Origin: Alphaproteobacteria bacterium
Lineage (GTDB): Bacteria > Pseudomonadota > Alphaproteobacteria > JAAXGF01
Assembly: GCA_963555825.3 (NCBI GenBank)
Contig: CAUVXB020000002.1
Span: 2,144,001 to 2,208,000, forward strand
Reading direction: 5' to 3'
Length of the DNA stretch: 64,000 nucleotides
Shown: positions 1 to 9,405 of the stretch, piece after piece
How positions within the stretch are numbered: the first letter of the stretch is position 1
Layout: the number at the start of each line of letters is the position of its first letter
The notes under the pieces: generated by a model
What the model was told of the DNA's origin: nothing
Databases searched by the model: none
The model's input: the letters and a program-made list of their open reading frames with translations, nothing else
Position numbers and translations under genes: made by a program

Positions 1-2
1 TC

Positions 3-320
3 AATTTCTGGTTTACGCCGGACGTAGCAAACCTAACGCCGAATCGTGGCGGTTTGGTTGTCTACAAGAAGGAAGAACCTCTCGACTGGGACTGGATCCA
101 GTACAACAAGAATAAGAACTCCCCAGAGATTCAAGATCGTATCAAGAGCTACCTTGGCTCGGCCGAGACAGTTCCGATCCCTTACCGCGAAAACAGGGCA
201 GTCTTGTTTCGTTCAACGCTGTTTCACGGATCAGATGAGTACCGCTTCAGGGACGGATTCGAGAACCGACGAATGAACATGTCTATGTTATTCGGCGAGC
301 GCTGCGCCATGCCGAACTGA
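3..320 (+). CDS. C-terminal part of a TPR/2OG-Fe(II) oxygenase-like protein (5' end outside window)
   Basis: Frame open from base 3 (NFWFTPDVANL...GGLVVYK...IPYRENRAVLF...LFH...GFENRRMN). It closely parallels the C-terminus of the 10352-12172 protein. Confidence 0.85.
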   Translation, partial: NFWFTPDVANLTPNRGGLVVYKKEEPLDWDWIQYNKNKNSPEIQDRIKSYLGSAETVPIPYRENRAVLFRSTLFHGSDEYRFRDGFENRRMNMSMLFGERCAMPN

Positions 321-460
321 TAGGCCGACACACGAAGATTGCCGTCCAATCATGACTGAATCGGATGTCGGTACGTTCTACCTTGATGTTCTTCCCGGCG
401 TTGCGAGGCCCAAAATGGTTCGCGGCTGAGGTCATCATTAAATTCCCGGATAGATAGGAA

Positions 461-1135
461 TTGGTGGATCGAATGGCGAACGGCGACAGCACAGTGGCAC
501 TCGAGCGTGAAGAGTTTATCCCATTGTTTGCCAGCCCGCTCATGGTGCACAAATGGCCCGACGCTGACGAACTCAATGCGAAGCTGCGTCACGTAATCCT
601 TGAACGTGAACGCGCCATGCCGGGTCGGGGTATAAGCAATGTGGGGGGCTGGCAATCAAACCACGACTTTCGCCTGTGGTCTGGCGAGGCGGGCAAGGTA
701 TGCGTCGATCGAGTCACCGCAATGGTGAACCATGCTACGTCCAAGGTGTATGGGCCTCGCCGACGGAAGCCAAGCGTTACCTGGGGCATTGATGCGTGGG
801 CCAACGTCAACCGCCAGGGCAATTACAACATTCCACACAGCCATCCGAATTCCACGTGGTCCTGCGTGTATTATGTTGATACCGGCGACGCCGATCTGAA
901 CAATGAAAAAAGTGGCGTGATCACGTTCCTTAATCCTAATTCAGCATCCAGCGTGTCTTTCTTCACGGAGACCGTGGGCGACAAATTCAACCTTTGGCCC
1001 GAGCCGGGAACGATGCTCGTCTTTCCGAGCTATCTCGTTCACCTTGTGCACCCGTATACTGGGAAGCGCCCCCGAGTTTCTATTGCGCTCAATTTTCGGC
1101 CGCTGCGCGCATCGGCAATTTTCTCGCCGAGTTGA
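461..1135 (+). CDS. TIGR02466-like putative 2OG-Fe(II) oxygenase
   Basis: SNVGGWQS, WANVN, HSHPNSTWSCVYYV, LVFPSYLVHLV and RVSIALN motifs. Confidence 0.85.
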   Translation: MVDRMANGDSTVALEREEFIPLFASPLMVHKWPDADELNAKLRHVILERERAMPGRGISNVGGWQSNHDFRLWSGEAGKVCVDRVTAMVNHATSKVYGPRRRKPSVTWGIDAWANVNRQGNYNIPHSHPNSTWSCVYYVDTGDADLNNEKSGVITFLNPNSASSVSFFTETVGDKFNLWPEPGTMLVFPSYLVHLVHPYTGKRPRVSIALNFRPLRASAIFSPS

Positions 1136-1339
1136 AACCGAGACCTGCGCCCCTCACCTAATCTGTTTAATTGGCTGGCAAGTGCGCGCCACGTCGCATC
1201 ATCGAGACACTGGTTCCCAGCACGATCACCGACTGTCTGTATTTCTCCGCCCCTCTCGCGGATTTTTTGCGCCGCGGTTGACACATCGACTGAACTTTCC
1301 GTGTGAACGCCGCTTCTGATGAACTATCTTAGGGACCAC

Positions 1340-1761
1340 ATGGTGACGTATTTCGACACCCGACGTATCGCGCTCGCCGCGCTTCTCGCGGTCGCGTCCG
1401 CTTGGCCGGCGATGGCCGACTTCCGCGCCGGGGTCGATGCCTACGACAGGGGCGACTACATGGCCGCCTACGAGGAATGGCTGCCGCTCGCCGGACAGGG
1501 TGATGCGCGCGCACAGACCAACCTGGGCCACTTGTATCGCATGGGGCGCGGCGTCGCGCAGAACTACACGACCGCGCTGGAGTGGTATCGCAAGGCGGCC
1601 AACCAGAACAACGCGCGCGCCCAGGCCAACCTCGCCAACATGTACCTCAAGGGGCTCGGCATCACCGCCGACCCGGCGGCTGGCATCGCGCTGTTCCGGC
1701 TCGCCGCCGAGCAGGATTTCGCGGTCGCCCAGCTGCATCTCGGCCATATCTATCGGCTCGG
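1340..1761 (+). pseudogene. Secreted Sel1-repeat protein truncated by IS21
   Basis: Signal peptide followed by Sel1 repeats (AQTNLGHLYRMGRGV, AQANLANMYLKGLG). Interrupted at 1762 by the IS21 end TGTCAATGGCGG. Confidence 0.85.
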
Positions 1762-1952
1762 TGTCAATGGCGGAGCAAAAAGGGACCACCTCGGCGGTGT
1801 AAGAAGGGACCGCTTGGCGGCTGCGGGCTTGTCCCCGTAGTCCACGGGAGGGCCCCGCGCGCGACGCGGCGTGCCCTCAACAGGCTGACGCGGCGGCGCG
1901 CGCGGGAGGGACCTGTGGGCCCACGGGGTCAAGCGTGGGCTGGGTGGTCGGT

Positions 1953-2717
1953 TCAGTTAGCAGTCGGGGTTTGACGCCTGCGGCTCTGGTTGAGCCTGTA
2001 GCTGTCACCGTTCATCTCGAGGATGTTGACGTGGTGGGTGAGGCGATCGAGGAGCGCGCCGGTGAGGCGCTCGGAGCCGAACACCTCGGTCCATTCGTCG
2101 AAGGGCAGATTGGTGGTGACCAGGGTCGAGCCCCGCTCGTAGCGTTGGCTGAACACCTCGAACAACAGCTCGGCGCCGGTCTTCGACAGCGGCACGAAGC
2201 CGAGTTCGTCGACGATCAGAAGCTTGTAGGTGGCGAGCTTCTTCTGGAACCTCAGCAGCTGCTTGTCATCGCGGGCCTCGATGAGTTCGTGGACCAGCGC
2301 GGCGGCGGTGATGAAGCCGACCGAGAGGCCCTTCTGGCAGGCCGCCAGGCCGAGACCGAGGGCGATGTGGGTCTTGCCGGTCCCACTGTTGCCGAGCGCG
2401 ATGAGGTTCTCGCGGCGCTCGATGTACTCGCAGCGGGCCAGCTCCAGGACCAGCGCCTTGTTGAGCGAGGGGATGACCTTGAAGTCGAAGCTGTCGAGGC
2501 TCTTGACCACGGGGAAGCGCGCCGCCTTGATGCGCCGCTCGACCATGCGGCGCTCGCGGTCGATCAGCTCGAGCTCGGCGAGTCTCAACAGGTAGCGGAC
2601 GTGATCGACGCCTTCCGAGGCGCACTGCCGGGCGATCTTGTCGTACTCGCGCAGGAAGGTCGGCAGCTTCAGCGTCTTGAGGTGGTGGGCGAGCAGCACT
2701 TGCGGTGTGTCGGTCAT
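1953..2717 (-). CDS. istB: IS21 helper ATPase
   Basis: Walker A GNSGTGKT, Walker B LLIVDELG, ALLDRLTHH. Confidence 0.95.
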   Translation of the reverse strand: MTDTPQVLLAHHLKTLKLPTFLREYDKIARQCASEGVDHVRYLLRLAELELIDRERRMVERRIKAARFPVVKSLDSFDFKVIPSLNKALVLELARCEYIERRENLIALGNSGTGKTHIALGLGLAACQKGLSVGFITAAALVHELIEARDDKQLLRFQKKLATYKLLIVDELGFVPLSKTGAELLFEVFSQRYERGSTLVTTNLPFDEWTEVFGSERLTGALLDRLTHHVNILEMNGDSYRLNQSRRRQTPTAN

Positions 2718-3399
2718 GCGCCGAGCCCCGACAGCAGGCTCATGTACGACTTGGCGGACGTCATCGCGACCCGGGCGCGCGGCAGATACGGATAGACGTC
2801 GAGGTTGAGCCTGGGCGGCCGCCGCTCGATGCGGCACAGTACCAGGTGCTTCACCGCATCAAAGCCGATTGCGCCGAGCCGCAGGGCGTCGCCGACCGCA
2901 CCCTCGACCTCCTCGAGCCGGAAGGTCTCCAGTAGACGGAGCACCTGGACGTACTCGCGCTTGCCTGCCTTGCCCATACGAGCTTCGAGGAGCCGCCGCA
3001 GAGTGATGAAGGCCTCGGGCAGGTCCCAGCCCGCCAATGGCGCGGCCTGGTCGAGGGCGCCGATCTTCTGCTCGATCAAGGGCAGGTAATGCAGCGGGTC
3101 GAAGATCAGGTCCTCGCTGTCGTAGGACCGGCGGTGCCGGGCGATCACCTCGGCCCCGCAGCTGATCACCACCTCATCGACGTAGCCCCGGATGAGCACC
3201 TCACGGTGGCCGTAGGCCACGGGCACGGAATAGTCGTTGCTGCGGTAACGCACCAGCGACAGCGAACTCGCCCGTCCAGGGCGCTTATCGCAGGCATCAT
3301 AGGGAGCAGGCGGCAATGGCAAGAGAACTTGACGATCCCGCTCGAGACGCTCGCCGATGGTCTCCTTATATGAGGCGTTTGCTGTCAAGGTGGATTTAA

Positions 3400-3682
3400 T
3401 CTACGCCACATGATCGTCTCTTCCATTGGTTATGGCTTTGTATCCAGGGCGGGTCTTGCGATGAGTTCCGTGTTTCGTGCGAGTGATCGCATCACCTTAT
3501 ATCCGGCAGCTCCGATCCGGCTTGCCACAATGCTGTATACATGGACCATCACAGGACGGGGATGGGACTAATCTTGTGGACGGCACCTTCGCCAAGGAGA
3601 CATGCAGTCACACATCCAACCTGCCAACAAGCGTTCCCATCGGGGAATGAAGCCCGTTAGAACGCTGAGCTGATCCGCAGTC
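3400..3682 (-). ncRNA. Predicted bridge/seek RNA of IS1111 element 1 (ends approximate)
   Basis: Target guides at 3593-3601 and 3573-3579 and donor guides at 3530-3534 and 3496-3502, each pair flanking a hairpin. Outer stem GATGGGA (3561-3567) / TCCCATC (3635-3641). Confidence 0.8.
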
Positions 3683-4816
3683 CTATTTGACGACAGCACC
3701 CACCGGGATCAGCCCGGTTTCCAGATACCGCCAAAGCGCGATCGCCAGTTTGCGGGCCAGGGCGACGATCATGACGCGCCTGATGCGCCCCTTCTGACCT
3801 TGGGTGCGGTCATGGAACCACTGGGTCAGAGCGCTATCGGGTTGATGGCGGACCCAAAGCCATGCGGCTTCGATCATGGCAACCCGTGCCAGCCGATTGC
3901 CCGCCTTGGAGATGCCTTGGCTGCGGCGCCCGTCGCCGCTGTCATAGGCACTGGGCGTGATCCCGATATAGCTTGCCACCTGTCGGCGATTGGCGAACTG
4001 GCGATAATAGACTTCCCGTGCGAGCGTCGTGGATAAGGCCGGGCCGAGGCCCTTTAAGCGCAGCAGCTGGTGACGCTTGCTTTCCGTGGCCACACACGGT
4101 GTCGGCGCTTGATCACGCTCACGCTCGACCTCGACGATCTGCGCTTGGACCTGGGCCAGTCTCGCGATCTCCCGCGCGATCTCGCGGCCGAGACGGTCCG
4201 GCAGGGGTCGGCCGTCTCCGGTGACCAGCGCCGCCGGTGTCAAGGTCTTGTAGCGCGCCTTGACATTGATGCCGCGAATGCCCTGACCGAATAGCAGACC
4301 CTTGATCCGGTTGATGTGGGCGGTTCGCTCGCGGACCAATCGGTCACGTTCCCGATGAGAGCGGCGAAGGTCCTCCTCCGCGACGCTCGGAATCACCACC
4401 ATGGAGCAGACATGACGCTCGCCGCGGCACCAGGCGATCAGCGTATGAAGAATATTCTCGACATCGATGCGGTCGGTCTTCACCCGCCGCGCCCGGCGGT
4501 TGACCCGCAAGCTGGCCGGCTCCATGACCAGACACTCGATGCCGCGCTGCTCGAGGAACCGCGCCAACCAGAAGCCGTCGTAGCCGGCCTCGTAGCACAG
4601 CGTTATCGTCGGCGTTCGACCCGTCACCTTGACCACCCGGTCCCGCGCCGCGTCCAGCTTGGCCATCAGTCCTTCAGCGTCGCCGCCCTTGATCGGATGC
4701 AAGCTCGGATTGCCCCGCCCCGGAGCCTGGATCGCCAAAAGCCAGCTGTTCTTGCTCAACTCCAGTGCCGCATAAATAGCGTGTTCATTGGAGGTCGATA
4801 CCGGAAACTGTGCCAT
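3683..4816 (-). CDS. IS110-family recombinase/transposase
   Basis: RuvC-like acidic motifs (ALELSK, CYEAG, KTDRID) and Tnp-domain YDSG / ISKAGN. Confidence 0.93.
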   Translation of the reverse strand: MAQFPVSTSNEHAIYAALELSKNSWLLAIQAPGRGNPSLHPIKGGDAEGLMAKLDAARDRVVKVTGRTPTITLCYEAGYDGFWLARFLEQRGIECLVMEPASLRVNRRARRVKTDRIDVENILHTLIAWCRGERHVCSMVVIPSVAEEDLRRSHRERDRLVRERTAHINRIKGLLFGQGIRGINVKARYKTLTPAALVTGDGRPLPDRLGREIAREIARLAQVQAQIVEVERERDQAPTPCVATESKRHQLLRLKGLGPALSTTLAREVYYRQFANRRQVASYIGITPSAYDSGDGRRSQGISKAGNRLARVAMIEAAWLWVRHQPDSALTQWFHDRTQGQKGRIRRVMIVALARKLAIALWRYLETGLIPVGAVVK

Positions 4817-5854
4817 CGTGTCGCTCCTTCTGATCGAGGTTGAAATAATCGAAGGAGCTTGAGGCTGCGTCCTTCAGCCTCATAGCATCTTGTGGCCCCG
4901 CAGCCGCGCCGCCTGGCGCCGGCGGCACTGTTCGGCGAGAGCATCGTTGAGGGCCGCGAAGCTCTCGGCACGCGGGACGGGGACCAGGAAGTTCCGCCGG
5001 ATGAAGCCGACCAGTCCCTCGACCTTGCCCTTGTCGTTGCCCTTGCCCGGCCGGCCGAACCTGTCCTCGAACAGATAGTGGGACTGAAGCTCCGTGAAGA
5101 CGCGCGTTCGCTGCCGCTTCCCATCGCCCAGGATCCGGGCAACCGCCAGCTTGGTGTTGTCGTATAGGATGGATCGGGGGACGCCGCCGAAGAAGGCAAA
5201 CGCCGCGTTGTGGCCATCGCAGAATGCTTCGGTCGTCTCCGCCGGATAGGCCGCAACAAAGCAACCATCACTGTGGGGAAGGTCGAAGGCAAGGAAGTGG
5301 ATCTTCCGTAACGCGCCGCCGATCACCGCCATCGCTTCGCCGAAGTCCGCCTGGGCGTGACCGGGGGAATGGGAGAGTGGCACGAACACCTCACGCGACC
5401 GAAGCCCCTGCTCACGAACGTAGTCCTTCACGATGGTGTAGCCGCCCGTGAAACCGTACTCGTCCCGGAGGCGGTCGAAGATGCGCTTCGCAGTGTGCCG
5501 TTGCTTGCGGTGGCTGGTCCGATCGTCTTCCAAGATCCGATCGATGATTCCCGTGAACGGACCCAGCTTTGGCCGCCTCGGCGGCGCGCTTCGGCGATAC
5601 CCTGGCGGCACCGAGAACGACAGCATCTTACGGACCGTCTTGCGGTCCACACCAAACACCCGCGAGGCCTCGCGGGTGCTCATCCCCTCGACATGACACG
5701 CCCGCCGAACCCGTGCGTACAACTCCACCCGATACATCCCCCCGCCTTCCAGTCAGAGCAACCCTGACAGAAGGCTATACGCGGTCCCATTTTGGTCCGC
5801 CGCAGCCGGATCGACCGGCCGCTTCAGTGGGGGATTATTGCTCTGCCGTTCTCA

Positions 5855-5965
5855 GGCTCAACAACAGCAGCAGGATGTGATAAACACGATTTTGGCAGCA
5901 TGATCAGGAACTGGAATACACCTTAACTGCGCTGCCAAGCTGTCCAACAATGTGGGACCAGCTCA
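5855..5965 (+). mobile_element. Isolated right-end fragment of the IS3 element
   Basis: Reverse complement of 12309-12419 with about one mismatch. Ends ...GGGACCAGCTCA. Confidence 0.9.
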
Positions 5966-6092
5966 CTCGACAGTACCCAATTTTTACCGTCATGGGAATA
6001 GTTTCAAAGCTATAACCGATTATGGGTAATGCATGGGCGGCGTATCCTGTCGATGTGAGGGTCGCCATGGTCATACGAATAAAGGATACGCC

Positions 6093-6310
6093 ATGTACGC
6101 AGATACAGTTGTCTCATTTTCGCATTCAGACAGTATTACAGTTTTGGACCCTTTGATCGAAAGTGTTTCGCGCGCGAGCGCGGCGACTTCTGACCGAGGC
6201 CGTGGAGGCGGAAGTCGAGGTTTTCATCGCCGCGCACACACTTTTGGTGAACGAGGTTGGCCGCTGCCGTATTGTCCGCCACGGTAATCCGCCGGCGCGC
6301 AATTCTTCGA
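6093..6310 (+). pseudogene. IS256-family transposase N-terminal remnant
   Basis: Frameshifted DPL...RARARRLLTEAVEAEVEVFIAAH...RIVRHG, typical of the IS256 N-terminus. Confidence 0.7.
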
Positions 6311-6487
6311 AACTCGACCACACGCTGATCGGGATGCTCAAGGCCCGAAATTCGCGATCGCGGCCGGCTATGAGAACGGCGGCGCAATAATCCCCCACTG
6401 AAGCGGCCGGTTGATCCGGCTGTGGCGGACCAAAATGGGACCGCGTATAGCCTTCTGTCAGGGTTGCTCTGACTGGAAGGCGGGGGG

Positions 6488-7990
6488 ATGTATCGGGTGG
6501 AGATGTACGCGCGGGTCCGGCGGCGGGCGTGTCGTGTCGAGGGAATGAGCACCCGCGAGGCCTCGCGGGTGTTCGGGCTGGACCGCAAGACGGTACGCAA
6601 GATGCTGTCGTTCTCGGTGCCGCCAGGGTATCGCCGAAGCGCGCCGCCGAGGCGGCCAAAGCTGGGTCCGTTCACGGGAATCATCGATCGGATCTTGGAA
6701 GACGATCGGACCAGCCACCGCAAGCAACGGCACACTGCGAAGCGCATCTTCGACCGCCTCCGGGACGAGTACGGTTTCACGGGCGGCTACACCATCGTGA
6801 AGGACTACGTTCGTGAGCAGGGGCTTCGGTCGCGTGAGGTGTTCGTGCCACTCTCCCATTCCCCCGGTCACGCCCAGGCGGACTTCGGCGAAGCGATGGC
6901 GGTGATCGGCGGCGCGTTACGGAAGATCCACTTCCTTGCCTTCGACCTTCCCCACAGTGATGGTTGCTTTGTTGCGGCCTATCCGGCGGAGACGACCGAA
7001 GCATTCTGCGATGGCCACAACGCGGCGTTTGCCTTCTTCGGCGGCGTCCCCCGATCCATCCTGTACGACAACACCAAGCTGGCGGTTGCCCGGATCCTGG
7101 GCGATGGGAAGCGGCAGCGAACGCGCGTCTTCACGGAGCTTCAGTCCCACTATCTGTTCGAGGACAGGTTCGGCCGGCCGGGCAAGGGCAACGACAAGGG
7201 CAAGGTCGAGGGACTGGTCGGCTTCATCCGGCGGAACTTCCTGGTCCCCGTCCCGCGTGCCGAGAGCTTCGCGGCCCTCAACGATGCTCTCGCCGAACAG
7301 TGCCGCCGGCGCCAGGCGGCGCGGCTGCGGGGCCACAAGGAGACCATCGGCGAGCGTCTCGAGCGGGATCGTCAAGTTCTCTTGCCATTGCCGCCTGCTC
7401 CCTATGATGCCTGCGATAAGCGCCCTGGACGGGCGAGTTCGCTGTCGCTGGTGCGTTACCGCAGCAACGACTATTCCGTGCCCGTGGCCTACGGCCACCG
7501 TGAGGTGCTCATCCGGGGCTACGTCGATGAGGTGGTGATCAGCTGCGGGGCCGAGGTGATCGCCCGGCACCGCCGGTCCTACGACAGCGAGGACCTGATC
7601 TTCGACCCGCTGCATTACCTGCCCTTGATCGAGCAGAAGATCGGCGCCCTCGACCAGGCCGCGCCATTGGCGGGCTGGGACCTGCCCGAGGCCTTCATCA
7701 CTCTGCGGCGGCTCCTCGAAGCTCGTATGGGCAAGGCAGGCAAGCGCGAGTACGTCCAGGTGCTCCGTCTACTGGAGACCTTCCGGCTCGAGGAGGTCGA
7801 GGGTGCGGTCGGCGACGCCCTGCGGCTCGGCGCAATCGGCTTTGATGCGGTGAAGCACCTGGTACTGTGCCGCATCGAGCGGCGGCCGCCCAGGCTCAAC
7901 CTCGACGTCTATCCGTATCTGCCGCGCGCCCGGGTCGCGATGACGTCCGCCAAGTCGTACATGAGCCTGCTGTCGGGGCTCGGCGCATGA
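6488..7990 (+). CDS. istA: IS21 DDE transposase
   Basis: N-terminal HTH, QADFG, LYDN, KGKVEGLV. Overlaps istB by ATGA. Confidence 0.95.
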   Translation: MYRVEMYARVRRRACRVEGMSTREASRVFGLDRKTVRKMLSFSVPPGYRRSAPPRRPKLGPFTGIIDRILEDDRTSHRKQRHTAKRIFDRLRDEYGFTGGYTIVKDYVREQGLRSREVFVPLSHSPGHAQADFGEAMAVIGGALRKIHFLAFDLPHSDGCFVAAYPAETTEAFCDGHNAAFAFFGGVPRSILYDNTKLAVARILGDGKRQRTRVFTELQSHYLFEDRFGRPGKGNDKGKVEGLVGFIRRNFLVPVPRAESFAALNDALAEQCRRRQAARLRGHKETIGERLERDRQVLLPLPPAPYDACDKRPGRASSLSLVRYRSNDYSVPVAYGHREVLIRGYVDEVVISCGAEVIARHRRSYDSEDLIFDPLHYLPLIEQKIGALDQAAPLAGWDLPEAFITLRRLLEARMGKAGKREYVQVLRLLETFRLEEVEGAVGDALRLGAIGFDAVKHLVLCRIERRPPRLNLDVYPYLPRARVAMTSAKSYMSLLSGLGA

Positions 7991-8751
7991 CCGACACACC
8001 GCAAGTGCTGCTCGCCCACCACCTCAAGACGCTGAAGCTGCCGACCTTCCTGCGCGAGTACGACAAGATCGCCCGGCAGTGCGCCTCGGAAGGCGTCGAT
8101 CACGTCCGCTACCTGTTGAGACTCGCCGAGCTCGAGCTGATCGACCGCGAGCGCCGCATGGTCGAGCGGCGCATCAAGGCGGCGCGCTTCCCCGTGGTCA
8201 AGAGCCTCGACAGCTTCGACTTCAAGGTCATCCCCTCGCTCAACAAGGCGCTGGTCCTGGAGCTGGCCCGCTGCGAGTACATCGAGCGCCGCGAGAACCT
8301 CATCGCGCTCGGCAACAGTGGGACCGGCAAGACCCACATCGCCCTCGGTCTCGGCCTGGCGGCCTGCCAGAAGGGCCTCTCGGTCGGCTTCATCACCGCC
8401 GCCGCGCTGGTCCACGAACTCATCGAGGCCCGCGATGACAAGCAGCTGCTGAGGTTCCAGAAGAAGCTCGCCACCTACAAGCTTCTGATCGTCGACGAAC
8501 TCGGCTTCGTGCCGCTGTCGAAGACCGGCGCCGAGCTGTTGTTCGAGGTGTTCAGCCAACGCTACGAGCGGGGCTCGACCCTGGTCACCACCAATCTGCC
8601 CTTCGACGAATGGACCGAGGTGTTCGGCTCCGAGCGCCTCACCGGCGCGCTCCTCGATCGCCTCACCCACCACGTCAACATCCTCGAGATGAACGGTGAC
8701 AGCTACAGGCTCAACCAGAGCCGCAGGCGTCAAACCCCGACTGCTAACTGA
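7987..8751 (+). CDS. istB: IS21 helper ATPase
   Basis: Same protein as the other copies, with Walker A and B motifs. Confidence 0.95.
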   Translation: MTDTPQVLLAHHLKTLKLPTFLREYDKIARQCASEGVDHVRYLLRLAELELIDRERRMVERRIKAARFPVVKSLDSFDFKVIPSLNKALVLELARCEYIERRENLIALGNSGTGKTHIALGLGLAACQKGLSVGFITAAALVHELIEARDDKQLLRFQKKLATYKLLIVDELGFVPLSKTGAELLFEVFSQRYERGSTLVTTNLPFDEWTEVFGSERLTGALLDRLTHHVNILEMNGDSYRLNQSRRRQTPTAN

Positions 8752-9405
8752 ACCGACCACCCAGCCCACGCTTGACCCCGTGGGCCCACAGGTCCCTCCC
8801 GCGCGCGCCGCCGCGTCAGCCTGTTGAGGGCACGCCGCGTCGCGCGCGGGGCCCTCCCGTGGACTACGGGGACAAGCCCGCAGCCGCCAAGCGGTCCCTT
8901 CTTACACCGCCGAGGTGGTCCCTTTTTGCTCCGCCATTGACACGGGCTACGAGGATGCCGACGATTCGATGCCCTGCGCCATGACCCGGTATTCAAGATG
9001 GCGGTGGCGCGCGCACCGGAGATGGGCGCGGCGCTGTCCTCGCAGCGGACCATGTCGCAGCTCGTGAACGTGCCGTTGAAGCTCTTAAACGCGCCGTCGA
9101 AGATCGCTATCGCACGCATGGTGGCGGCTGTGGTCGAGCTGTTCTGCGTGAGCTGGGATCACCCGCCGGCCGCGATTACGCCGGATGTCGACAATACCCT
9201 CGATTCGGTGCACGGTCATCAGCAACTGGCATTGTTCAACACCCACTACGACGAGCGCCGCTTCCTGCCGATCCACATCTACGAGGCGACCAGCGGCAAG
9301 CCGGTGGCGGTGATCCTGCGCCAAGGCCGCACCGCCGAGGCGCTTGACCCAGCAACGCGTCAACACCACAGCCCCATCGGCGCGACCAACTCATGAACAG
9401 ATCGT

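Larger units (their letters stand above)
3368..4891 (-). mobile_element. IS110 family, IS1111-type element 1
   Basis: Core CT(T) at 3365-3367 and 4889-4891. Subterminal inverted repeats TATGAGGC (3369-3376) / GCCTCATA (4877-4884). Long non-coding region downstream of the transposase. Confidence 0.92.
2714..5737 (-). pseudogene. istA: IS21 transposase split by a 1.5-kb insertion
   Basis: Halves 4889-5737 and 2714-3367 rejoin to the intact istA sequence of copies 2 and 3 at RGHK|ETIGE. Confidence 0.95.
1762..5854 (-). mobile_element. IS21-family element, copy 1 (istA interrupted by IS110/IS1111)
   Basis: TG...CA ends (TGTCAATGGCGGAGCAAAAA / TGAGAACGGCAGAGCAATAA) with repeated subterminal motifs. 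Near-identical to 6371-8942 and 14880-17449. Confidence 0.95.
6371..8942 (+). mobile_element. IS21-family element, copy 2 (intact)
   Basis: TG...CA ends. Flanks CCGGCTA / CGGGCTA form a 7-bp target duplication with one mismatch. Confidence 0.95.
6315..9396 (+). pseudogene. IS1380-family transposase remnant, split by IS21 copy 2
   Basis: HTLIGMLKAR..FAIAAGY|EDADD..LRHDPVFKMAV..SQRTMS..DVDNTLDSVHGHQQLALFNTHYD reads across the IS21 insertion, with frameshifts. Confidence 0.8.

Noticed and set aside
1769-1820. Short tandem repeats at IS21 ends as a mini CRISPR or iteron array
   Set aside because: These are the normal multiple transposase-binding repeats of IS21 ends. There are no unique spacers and no cas genes.
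1935-2795. 286-aa antisense ORF repeated in each IS21 copy
   Set aside because: It is a shadow ORF of istB caused by codon bias, and it recurs only because the IS is repeated.
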